A stretch of DNA of 64,000 nucleotides from Obrimoposthia wandeli. Taxonomy: Eukaryota. Under the pieces are notes generated by a model, which made no database searches, was not told the origin of the DNA, and saw only the letters and a list, made by a program, of their open reading frames with translations. Shown here in pieces: positions 34,725 through 46,936 of the stretch (its first letter is position 1; each line of letters starts with the position of its first letter). Location: NCBI GenBank assembly GCA_977020255.1, contig CDROCS010003282.1:186001-250000 (forward strand), written 5' to 3'. The translations under genes and the position numbers were made by a program.

Positions 34725-35369
34725 TAACAAATTTACTCGATCAATTTATTTCAAGTGATTATATTTTAAACAAAACCAAATGTGGTTAAATTATTTCAAG
34801 TTGTTAAATATCTCTTAAATGTTTACAAATTATGTGTGATACTAAAATTTATATATAAAATTGCAAATATATTAAAAATATATATATATTTAATTGATGT
34901 ATACATGTGTATGATAAATCAGCAAATTCCAGTATGTCTTACAAACTTTATATTTACTCAGTGACTGATAATATTAAGGTAAAATCGAGAGGATCTAGAG
35001 CTATTAATCAATGTTATATAGATCAAGTAAGTTTTCATTGAAGACCTACTGATCAAGAAGAAGATTCAGTATTGAAAAAAAGGGTTAAAAAACAAATCAT
35101 ATTTTAAAAATATAACAAATTTACTCGGTCAATTTATTTCAAGCGATTATATTTTAATCAAATGCAAGGGTTGATAAATTATTTCAAGTTGTGAAATATC
35201 TCTTAAATGTTTACAAATTATGATACAAAATTTATATATGAAAGTGCAAATATTAAAAAAAGACCATATATTATTGATGTATACATGTGTATGATAAACC
35301 AACAAATTCTAGTATGTCTCACGAACTTTATATGTTCTCAGTATCTGATAATATTAAGGTAAAATCGAG
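34725..35369. repeat. Diverged direct repeat of about 260 bp (34725-34989 and 35113-35369) between two TIRs
   Basis: TAACAAATTTACTCG..TAAGGTAAAATCGAG occurs twice. Confidence 0.8.
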
Positions 35370-36078
35370 TGAGTAGGTGAATGTGTCCGGTCTAATCCAC
35401 CCCCTCCCCCGGGGGGCTACCACTGTCCTTTAAAACCGTGCATGTGTGTGGAGTGAAATTTCGTGCATGTGTGTGTACATTCTACCCGAAGGGGGGGGGC
35501 ACATTTTTTTATTTTACTTTGAATTTTACCGCTAATCGCAAAGGTGATTAAAGAAGACCACGGGAATCCATATTGACACCAACGGCTTATCGTAGACGAT
35601 ATTTCAAATAATATGTTTATGTGAATATATTACTACTATTTTTAAGAAAGATTTTAGATTAATAAATTACTACATGTTTGTTAAATATCTAGGTCAGTTT
35701 TATAATTTATAGGAGAAAAATTAGGTCAGATCTATATAATTTAGAGGAGAAAAACAAAATACGAGTCAAAATTATTTTCAAAACATTTATTAAATCCAAC
35801 ATAAAAGACCATATTGGCTTCACTCAAAGTCCAAAGAGGTCGCATTTTCCCGTCATCAGCACAATATCCATTGAGACGTATTCAGATATTCCATAGTTCT
35901 TCATCTAAAATTGGAGCAATCAATGATCGTAGATCATCTCTAAAAGCCAGACTGGGATCAGTTTCGAGCTGGAAACAATGTTTATAAAAAAATACATATA
36001 AGATACAAATATTATAAAAAATAAAACTGATTATTAATTGTCAAATGAAAGAAACATAGTAAAAATGAAAGAAAAAAG

Positions 36079-36561
36079 TTAAAACAAAGGAATATGAGCA
36101 CGATCAATTTTCCACATATGCAACTTTGTTCCCATTTCATCTTTCTTGTAACCATAAAATCGAATTATTACAGTCCATTGCTTCTTTTTCGGAAACGCAT
36201 CAATATCAACATATCTTCCATAGTCATCTAGAAATGCTTCATCGGGTCCTCGGATATAAAATTCGTTCTTTTTGAAAGTAAAATTCGTAACTGCCTTTTC
36301 AACTTTCTGTTTAAGATATTGAAAATCTGGTTTTTGAATATTTGATAGATAGTAGCTGAACTTTCTTCTTTCAATTGTCACAGGATTTACTAAAGCAATC
36401 AGTTGAGCCTTCTTCAAGAATCTTACTTTGTATTTGAAATATTGTTTCACTTCTTCATACATATCCTTATCCGATTCCTCAAACATTTCTAAATCTTCGT
36501 CGCCGCTTAATATCCTTTGGCTATCGTCCATCATTGATAATTGTCTTTGATATGAATGCAT
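36079..36561 (-). CDS. Second copy of the 160-aa hypothetical protein
   Basis: 14 amino-acid differences from 32985-33467 by manual comparison; same length. Confidence 0.55.
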   Translation of the reverse strand: MHSYQRQLSMMDDSQRILSGDEDLEMFEESDKDMYEEVKQYFKYKVRFLKKAQLIALVNPVTIERRKFSYYLSNIQKPDFQYLKQKVEKAVTNFTFKKNEFYIRGPDEAFLDDYGRYVDIDAFPKKKQWTVIIRFYGYKKDEMGTKLHMWKIDRAHIPLF

Positions 36562-37099
36562 TTATTGTGATTTGTCCTCAATTGGCGTATTCTTTTATAC
36601 TAATTTGTAACAAAGACATGAATCTCATTGATTAATATAACTAAAACATTGAATTTGATTGGACTAAATCCATATTAAAAATCAAAATTGATTGGAAGAA
36701 ATATATCATCCAATATAATAAGTTTGCAAGATAATGACAAGAAATGTGCAATAAAAAAGCAGGTTCAGGCATATATATAAAGAAGAATTTAAAAAATACA
36801 ACTTTAGTCTAATGAAACTTGTAAATATAAATTATAAAGGTGGAATAGAAGATGATGTTTCGTACTTACCATTCAATGAATGAAAGCCGAGACAATATGT
36901 GAAAAGGTTTGACAATTTCACAGTTGTTATGTTTCCCACAAGTTAGTTTTTTTATTTTCATATTGAATTCTTTTAGGCAATTGTCGTGTTATGGGATGCA
37001 AAATACCAATGCTTGGGTTCAATTTACCATTTGGAATTCGAATCACTGCAATACAATCAATCACGATTTCGGCTAATCTTGGGAAACAGATAAATCTTT

Positions 37100-40000
37100 T
37101 TAAAACTGCAGAGAAAATGAAAGAAGAATGCATGTTTGAACTAGAAATATTTCCTGCTCTTAGTTATTTGAAGTTTAAACCGCTTTGTGTAAATATATTT
37201 TGGATGATGGATTTATAGATGCGGGAGTAGATGCTATCAACAAGAAAACTGAGAATTACTCACATAGTAGCAGTAATTGGGTAGTGAACCGCTTCCTGGA
37301 GATTTCGTTTGTTGTGACTAAAACAACAACAATGAACTATCTCCAGGGAGCGGTTCACTACCCAACCCACCAAAGTTAGTGCTCTCACATTGCGTTATCA
37401 ATTTGCAGAACTCTAACACCTTTTTTTTCTTCATAGCACCTTAGCTGTACTTTTCCGTGAAGTATATCGTACTAATCCTCAGCACGTTAATCAACATAAA
37501 TGCCATGTTGAATCAATTAGTTTTTGAAGAAGATGAGATGCCGATGCGTCTACATAATATACCGAGATTTGAGAGAAAGAATCCATCTCTCTCATTCAAC
37601 GTATTTACATTCAATAGATTTTCTAATTTGGAAACGGATAGAGATATCTTTAAAAAATCTCTATATGGATGTAATTTATAGAACCACAAACCCAGACACT
37701 ACGCAAATCAATCTTCTCCTTTTAGAAAATAATTATAATTTTTATGATGTCGCTATTCCTAAACTCAATAGGCTACTTAATTATAGGAATATAGATGTAT
37801 ATAATTGCATCCAGTGAACTTGATGTCATAAGTGTATCTAATTGCATCCAGTGTACTTGGTGTTATTAGTGTCTTCATAGGTTCCGGAGACCGATAAGTT
37901 ACGCCAAACACGTTCCACTCTGTAGCATGAATTTTGATCATTCAACACTTTATTCAATGTCTACAGAGAATCATATTGAGTTTAAAAACTTTTCCAAAAC
38001 GATTTCTACTCCTTTTTCTTTTTACGTGGACTTTGAATCTGTGCTACCGCAACGGAATTCATCATCAGATCCAGCTACCAATCTCGGCCGGTATTATCAT
38101 GTCTCCCAATGCAGCCACGACAGGGCACACACACGATTTCTCGCTCTTTACAGGAGAATTTTGTGTGGTATCCTTTTCGAAATGCAACTTATCAAGTGAA
38201 TCACTTTTTTCCCGTCATATTTCATAATTTTATGGGTTATGATATGCACCACATACTGAAACATTCGTTGAATCAATTTCCGTATTGGAGTGTCTCTGTG
38301 ATATCTCAATAAACAGAAACATTTCAGGCTATGATGGTGCATATTGGAGAAGTTTGTATTTGCTTTATAAATTCATTGCAGTTTTGAATAGCGGGCTTGA
38401 GAAACTTGTTGAAAACCTGGATGTCACTTCTCTAACACATTATGTCTTCCTACAACATCTGGTGAGAGCCAAGGGTATCTTCCCATACGATATGGCTGTA
38501 TCAAAGACTGCTCTACATGCTATCACGAGCTTACCATCGATTTGGAGCGAGAAGATCAAACCAGCACAGTATGAGATGGCGAAGAAGGTCTGAACTCAGA
38601 GTGGTTGCACATCTCTCTGGGATTATATATTGGTATATATGAAAATATATATGCTAGCCGATGTTTTTACGGCATTCCGGACCAAGGCTATGGCAGACGA
38701 CGGGCTGGAACCACTCAACTTCTTCTCAATACCTGGTTTGAATCTATATGTTTAACTAATTTTTACTAAGTAATGATAAGTAAATGTTTTATTAATATTT
38801 TAATTCATATTTCTGTTTACAGGACTGACTTTTGCATCGGCCTTTAAGTCACTAATTCGTGTAGATACTGATTCCTCAGCTTCTTCTATACGAGTCGAGC
38901 TCATCCAGGATCCAGAGATGTATCGTCTCTTTGGGTTGGGGATTCGAGAAGGTATGACCTTTGTGAACGAGCACAATTTGGATGCTGTCAATGGTACCAA
39001 ACGGTTGTGTATATATGTAAACAATTTAAACGGGTAGACGATGTCCCAGTGTTTACCTTGTGGTAACGTTTCCTGTGTAACTGATCGATTAGAGTTGGGA
39101 AATTTTATTCCTAGCTTAAAATCAGCAGATTTGTCTTGTAGTCGCTTTGATCATATATTACAAATAGATTTATCTATTCCCAATGAGCTACATAATAAAT
39201 TCGACGATATTCCTCTTGTTTCAATTAAACAGGGTGTAAGACTGAAACATTATTACTTACACACTACCCTAGAAAGATTATGTTGTAGATTCTAGATTTC
39301 TAAAAATGGGTGGGTGCTAAGTTATATTTGGTATACAGAGATAATACAGTTTGAACAAACTAATGTTTATTAAAAATATTCTGAGGAAAACTATCTTAAA
39401 AGAGCTGCAGCTACAACAGATTTCGAGCGAGATTATAATAAACTGAAGATGAATTCTTTATTTGGAAAGCTCATTGAGAATCTAATGAAAATAAATAACC
39501 TTCGGATTTGTAATACTCAACAGAAGCTGGTAACCTATTGTAGTAAAGCCCACTTTCGTAGGACAATTGAAATCGATACGGACCTTATCGCAGTTCTACT
39601 GGATAAAGAAAATATTGTTTTGAATCGTCCTATTTATATAGGCCAGGCAGTATTAGATTTAAGTAAACTTCATATTTATGAGCTACAATATATGCGGTTG
39701 GAGAAATATTGAGCTCAATTTAAATGTGACATTAGAATTATAGCAAGTGACACTGATAGTTTTTTCTTGAAGTGTAATAATGTAAATGTTCAAGAAACAT
39801 TGTTACCTGCTATGATCGTTGATGGACTGTTGGATACTTCGAAATTTCCAAAAACTCATTCGCTTTATACAACGCTTAATACAGCGATTGGAAAATTTAA
39901 AGACGAGAGCAAGGGATTATTTAGTTATAGGCAGGGGATTTCCTACGTCCAAAATCCTATAGCTTAGAGACTACAAAAGGGGAATCTCAAATGAGAACTA

Positions 40001-40240
40001 AAGGTATTAGTCTCTCATAGACAAGTATTAAATATTCTAATTACTTAGCCCACTATGAGACTGGCATTAGCGAGCGTGTACAACAACAACGTATAAGCTC
40101 CTTAAATCATCAACCTTTTACTGTAAGGTTAAGTAAAATTGCCTTACGCAGTATCGATGATAAACTCAAGTGGATTGCTAAACATCGAACAGTTGCCTAT
40201 GGACACTTTTTATACCCGGATGAAATTGTGATTTTAAGGA
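37100..40240 (+). pseudogene. Near full-length decayed protein-primed DNA polymerase B (Polinton/adintovirus type)
   Basis: Ordered fragments: NWVVNRFLEI; FERKNPSLSFNVF; FYVDFESVL; IFHNFMGYDMHHI; KGIFPYD; LADVF..DGLEP..SIPG|LTF; ELIQDPEMY..IREG; KLKMNSLFGKLIEN; PIYIGQAVLDLSKLHIY; SDTDSFF; IGKFKDE; TKGIS; DDKL..AYGH. Confidence 0.9.
38736..38822 (+). other. Putative 87-nt GT-AG intron within pPolB
   Basis: CCTG|GTTTG..CTAAT..TTTCTGTTTACAG|GACTG; removal restores FFSIPGLTFASAFK; the unspliced frame hits TAA. Confidence 0.75.
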
Positions 40241-40989
40241 ATAGATGTTTTAAAAATATTTGTCTTTAATTATTTTCTTAGGAATTATTTAAAATACTTA
40301 ATTGATTTACAATTATTAATAATAATTAATCTAAATAGCAGCTGTAGTTTAATATAAACAGATCACTTCAACGTGACAGCTGCTGAAAAAATATAATTAA
40401 GATAAACCAGATGTTACCTCACTAGCGAATACACACATATACATATACTACTAATACTTAACACTTTACTTTAACATAGCACTGAACATATAACAGCTGT
40501 TTGAGATCTTGTCATTAATTAAATTACATACACACATACACACGAGATTACAATGAAAACAACAGTTAGCTAAGATCTTATCGCTACATGTACACATACA
40601 AACAATTAACAGATGGTAATAACATCATTAACAATAATTTAACACATTCACACACATACAAATATGATTATAGCTAGTAATATTTAAAGACTAATAGTTT
40701 AATAACTTAATAATAATTTTTGAAATTTTATATACAAGTAAAGATAAAATCAAAAAAGAACAATTTTGAAAATATAACATTTATTTTTTCGCTGAAGGAC
40801 CTTTTTCATATTGATAATATCAAATCCTTTTCTGCGCCTCTTGTTGTATGCCCTCCATAATAAATTCGACGATATTCCTCTTGTTTCAATTAAACAGGGT
40901 GTAAGACTGAAACATTATTACTTACACACTACCCTAGAAAGATTATGTTGTAGATTCTAGATCAATCTTTCGAGCTCTGCGTTTGTGCT

Positions 40990-41211
40990 TCATATCCAGC
41001 TTCCTTCCTTCTTTTTTTGCTTCAACTCTATCTTCTTGTTACACTCCAGACATCTTCTTCTTGCTTCGGCTACTCGTATATTTTGCAGTTTCTTATTCCA
41101 TTCTGCTGCTACCGCCTTATAAAAATTAAAATTTAATATCTTCTGCTGCAATTCTCGTTTTTTCTTATTCTTCTCAATATTCTTCCCTATTAGTCTCATC
41201 CGATCCTTCAT
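40990..41211 (-). CDS. Small basic hypothetical protein, homologous to a decayed ORF at about 29172-29400
   Basis: NFYKAVAAEWNKK..NKKIELK versus NLYAAVATEWNRR..NRKVELK. Confidence 0.45.
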   Translation of the reverse strand: MKDRMRLIGKNIEKNKKKRELQQKILNFNFYKAVAAEWNKKLQNIRVAEARRRCLECNKKIELKQKKKEGSWI

Positions 41212-42937
41212 TTCTGTTTTTTTTTTTTTATAAAATAAAACTAAAATGTGTCTCTTATCTACTCTTTCTATATTAATTAATTTTTATTGATGCAGTAAAA
41301 CATATTTTCTTTTAGTTAACAAAGGATAACAAAATAAAATTTCGAATTAAATAATATACATATATACATGAAATTTCCCAAGAGTTTAATGTACCCAACA
41401 CGTATTTAAGTATATGATGCAAATCATATCCTTTGATATTATGAAACACGATGGGAATGCGTGGTTTTTTATGAAGACGACGGCCAATGGCGCATTCTTT
41501 TATACTAATTTGTAACAAAGACATGAATCTCATTGGTTAATATAACTAAAGCATTGAATTTGATTGGACTAAATCCATATTAAAAATTTAATTTGATTGG
41601 AAGAAATATATCATCCAATTATAATAGGTTTGCAAGATAATTACAAGAAACATACAATAAAAAAGCAGGTTTAGACATATATAAAGAAGATTTTAAAGAA
41701 TACAATTTTAGTCTAATGAAACTTTTAAATATAAATTATAAAGGTAGAATAGAAGATGATGTTTAGTACTTACCATTCAATGAATGGAAGCCGAGACAAT
41801 ATGTGAAAAAGTTTGACAATTTCACAGTTGTTATTTTTCTTACAGGTTAGTTTTTTTTCATATTGAATTCTTTAGGCAATTGTCGTGTTATGGGATGCAA
41901 AATACCAATGCTTGGGTTCAATTTACTATTTGGAATTCGAAATGCATGAGATCTAGCCCATCTTCTGCTAAAGATTTTACACGAAAGAACTCAAAAACAT
42001 CAGCTAAAAGATAAATGTCTAACTTCATATAATAAAGCATATATTCTAAAAGATTTCGATAATTATTCGCCCGAAATGTACGGGCCTCATTATAGTCTAG
42101 AAGACTTACACCCTCAAATTCAGTTATGGGTGGGATTTCTGTGGGATTTTCTAAATCTGCAAAGGTTTTCGCAAATTTATACGGAAAAATCCCCTATCGT
42201 TAACCGAAGCTGGGAACACTGACTGCGTGATTGACCATGCATTTAAAGATGCCGTTAAATTTTTTGAAGACCCGCTCAAATACTGTAGAGAATCTATAAA
42301 TCTTAAACTACAGAATTCAGTATATGCAGTTAAAGATAAATATTTCTCTGAAGTTTGAGGTATACATGAAATTTCCCAAGAGTTTAATGTACCCAACACG
42401 TATTTAAGTATATGATGCAAATCATATCCTTTGATATTATGAAACACGATGGGAATGCGTGGTTTTTTATGAAGACGACGGCCAATGGCGCATTCTTTTA
42501 TACTAATTTGTAACAAAGACATGAATCTCATTGGTTAATATAACTAAAGCATTGAATTTGATTGGACTAAATCCATATTAAAAATTTAATTTGATTGGAA
42601 GAAATATATCATCCAATTATAATAGGTTTGCAAGATAATTACAAGAAACATACAATAAAAAAGCAGGTTTAGACATATATAAAGAAGATTTTAAAGAATA
42701 CAATTTTCGTCTAATGAAACTTTTAAATATAAATTATAAAGGTAGAATAGAAGATGATGTTTAGTACTTACCATTCAATGAATGGAAGCCGAGACAATAT
42801 GTGAAAAAGTTTGACAATTTCACAGTTGTTATTTTTCTTACAGGTTAGTTTTTTTCATATTGAATTCTTTAGGCAATTGTCGTGTTATGGGATGCAAAAT
42901 ACCAATGCTTGGGTTCAATTTACTATTTGGAATTCGA

Positions 42938-44350
42938 AATGCATGAGATCTAGCCCATCTTCTGCTAAAGATTTTACACGAAAGAACTCAAAAACATCAG
43001 CTAAAAGATAAATGTCTAACTTCATATAATAAAGCATATATTCTAAAAGATTTCGATAATTATTCGCCCGAAATGTACGGGCCTCATTATAGTCTAGAAG
43101 ACTTACACCCTCAAATTCAGTTATGGGTGGGATTTCTGTGGGATTTTCTAAATCTGCAAAGGTTTTCGCAAATTTATACGGAAAAATCCCCTATCGTTAA
43201 CCGAAGCTGGGAACACTGACTGCGTGATTGACCATGCATTTAAAGATGCCGTTAAATTTTTTGAAGACCCGCTCAAATACTGTAGAGAATCTATAAATCT
43301 TAAACTACAGAATTCAGTATATGCAGTTAAAGATAAATATTTCTCTGAAGTTTGAGGTATACATGAAATTTCCCAAGAGTTTAATGTACCCAACACGTAT
43401 TTAAGTATATGATGCAAATCATATCCTTTGATATTATGAAACACGATGGGAATGCGTGGTTTTTTATGGAGACGACGGCCAAGGTTACAGAGGTTGCACG
43501 CCGCTCCCAAGTATCGCCCCGTAACATGATCGTAATCTCTGACTAACTTAGACTGGGTTCCACACAAATAACATAATCTACAAGAATTAAAATTAACCCA
43601 GTCTATGTCTGTCATGATCATGCTTGATGAGCATTAAGATCATACCACGGTTTGACAATTGTTGTTTCTAATTCTTTTAATTTTAACATAAAATCTAAAA
43701 TATAATTTGGACCGGAAAATTTATGATACTGTGTAATATTGGGGCCTAAGAATAGTAGTCCTGCCGAAGCCGGTAGGTGAATACTCTCATACTGGTCGTG
43801 CAATGCTAGAATTGACTCAAAATCTGCATACACCCTGAATTCCACGGGTATGCATTTTGCCCAATCCCTGAATTTTAAATCCTTATCCTTAGGCATGCTA
43901 TATAGCGTATTGTCATCAGGATTCAGTGAACATAATGTCAGATGTTTGCTGTAAGAGAGCTCGGGTCGGAATCCATGTAAACATTTATAACACCACTTAC
44001 ACCTTATCCTAACCGGTAAAGCTCCATTATCTAAATTTAGAAAACGATCTAAATTGAGAATTGCAGCATAATGGAATTTTTTATTATGTTCGAGTCAAAT
44101 TAAGTTGACCTGAGTCCCCTCATTTTTGCTCCTATAAATTACATCTACAAAAGGATTTTTTAAATTTTATTTTTGTTGTTGGCCGTGAAACAGGATAGGT
44201 GATCTCGATGTTCACTGAAGAAGTCTCGAAACTCCTTCTCCTCTATAGTTCTGCAGAAGAGGCAGACAAAGAATACCCACCCTTGAGACTTTGTCCGATA
44301 GTAGGCGGACATTATCGCCATGCAGAAATCTCCTCCATAGAGCCGAAGCA
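42938..44350 (-). pseudogene. Mirror copy of the pPolB N-terminal fragment, with an extra 1-nt deletion near 43620
   Basis: ORF 30553-31302 is split into 43618-43896 and 43148-43621. Confidence 0.85.
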
Positions 44351-46936
44351 CCACAATACGCAGGGAATAGGTTACACGTAATCTGAAATAAGAAATATTA
44401 ATAAAGAAATAAAAGATAATAGTTCTTACCATATTCATTATTATAAAAAATCGGGAATTGTAATGAAAAAAGTGTTTGCTTATATACTAAATTTTATGCA
44501 CACATGCTCATTTTATTATAGGATGAAAATAATGAATTTATATCTCCACTGAGAAGGATTGTTTATCTGTTATTGGTTGTAAATATTATTTTTAATATAT
44601 TTTATTCCTCCATTTAAAGGATTGTTCATTTGTATTTGTAATTAGATGAAAATTTTATTTTGTAAATAATAAATTTCTCCAATTAGAAGTATTGTTTATC
44701 TACATGTATAAACATTTTTTATATGCACAATGGTCACCATGATCACGATATGGACAGCAAATATTTCGTGGAATTTTTAATAGATGATCACGTGAAATAT
44801 ATCTGGAGAATATTTAATGTATAATTTATTCCAATTTATTTTATCATCCATATTATAAAAAACATTATATATAAAATTGTTTATATTTAGTATGCTTATG
44901 TAAAATATTTAAACAATTATGTAACACAAAAATAATCAATAAAGCCAAAAGAAAAAATAATTTTCAAAATTTATTTGGTCCCTCTTTAGGTTTAATTTGA
45001 AGGATTCTCTTTCTTGCAGCTCGCCTATTGTCCTGCATCTACATTCTTCTTTTTTCATTCAGTTTCTTTTTTTTAATTCAACCTTCCTATTCTAGTCCAG
45101 GATCCGTTATCGTTCTGCTTGCCGCCTGTCTTGAATCTCCACCCGACGATTCCACTCGGTCGCGACAGCAGCGTACAGATTCTGATTAAGGACCCTCTTT
45201 CATAAATCTATTTTCTTCTCATTTCTTATGATGTTTTCTTCTACCTGCGTCACGAGACTTTTCATTTTAATAAATTCCATTTTTATATATGAAGAGGTTA
45301 ATAAATTTGAACCTATATATATAAATTTCAAATATTTTTAATCCAATAACATTCCATTAAATATGAAGAGGTTAATAAATTTGAACCTATATATATAAAT
45401 TTCAAATATTTTTAATCCAATCACATTCCATTAAATGATATATTTTTATTTATCAAATGAGAGTTTATAATTTAATAAATCTATAACTAATTATTGCATT
45501 TCTATATAAATAAACTTATATTTTTGAAATTAAAGACATCTATAATTTTATTATTAATTAATCCAATCACATTCGAATAAGTTACATATTTTTTTATTTT
45601 TCAACTTTATATTTTATTAAACTTATGATTGTATTTTAAGCTTTTTTTGAAATAAATATAAAAAATGTAAAATAAAAAAAAACACATAAAATTATTTTTT
45701 ATAAATTATATTGTTTCTAAAACACTCCACAAAGTCATTATTGGGACCATCCTCGTCGATATCCCTCCGACTGAGTGATAAGGGAGTAAGCGGCACTGGC
45801 TCCTTCTTCTTTGGTTGGCCAGGTTTTTTTTTCGGCTGCACCGGTTGCTGTGCAGCAATTGATCCTCCTGAGGTTTTCACAGTAGTTGCCGCAACGTTTT
45901 GAGAGGATGATGGCTCCGACGAAGAAGTTGTAGCCTTCCTCTTCCGCGGAGCTTTATTCAATTTCTCCTCCTTCTCCCACTGAAGCTGGCGTGAGACAGC
46001 ATCATGCTGACCTCGCGAATCTGGAAGCATTGCTGGTTGTGGAGGATCCAGTTCCGCCAGGAATTTTTCCAATCAAGCTTCATCCCAGGCCCTCTTCAAG
46101 TTCTGGCTGGTAGATGCTGTTGACAGAGGAGAAGCAGTCTCCCAAGCTCTAGCCAAATTTTGGCTTATACTCAATGAATACTCTTATACTCTTCCCAATT
46201 CTCAATCGAATCTTGACTAGTCAGGTTGATATATTGGGATCTCTGTAACCCACCTCTCGCGTCCATTGATTCTTCTCTCGGAGTTGAGCTGGCCAATGGC
46301 GATTCTTCTAGTAACAGCTCCGCTCTTGTTGCTGCTTCTTCTTCTTCGTCTCCTTCGCTCACCACCGACGAGTCTTGACTAAGTAAGTCAATGGACTGTG
46401 ATGGTGGTGGCGTTCGCTGCTGTACTGGAGAGAGATACCCATAAGCTGAACCTCCATATCTTCGTCTAGGTCAACGTTGTTGAAAATAGGCATTCTTAAT
46501 TCTTGATTTTGATTTATGAAAAATAATGAAAAGAGGTCTTCTTATATACACAAACATCAGACTAACCCTCTTTTTGTCGTCCAATGAGAGCGGGTTATTC
46601 AAATAATTTATTTGAAAATTTATAGTATTTTCTTAAGTTTTTTGATGATTATTGAATACATGTATATCATTAGATTTAAAATAGTAATATCGACCCTGTA
46701 TATATGTATTGCTCGTCAGGCACGCGTTAGCCCTTATATGGCCTCTCAGGTACTTCCTCGCTCTGTAGGACCACTATGAGATTTTCCATTTTAAAGGGTG
46801 TTAAATGGGGTTAATTAGTTTTTAGGGTGTTGGGGGGAGATAGAAAAAAATTCACTCCACACACATGCACGGTTTTAAAGAACAGTGGTAGCGCCTCGGA
46901 TGGAGAGGTGGATTAGAACGGATACATCCATCTACT

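Larger units (their letters stand above)
35372..46936. mobile_element. Composite Polinton-like region bounded by the same TIR (35372-35457 and 46851-46936)
   Basis: Inward-facing TIR copies enclose the 160-aa ORF (-), a near-complete decayed pPolB (+) and the mirror of 27514-32967. Confidence 0.55.
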
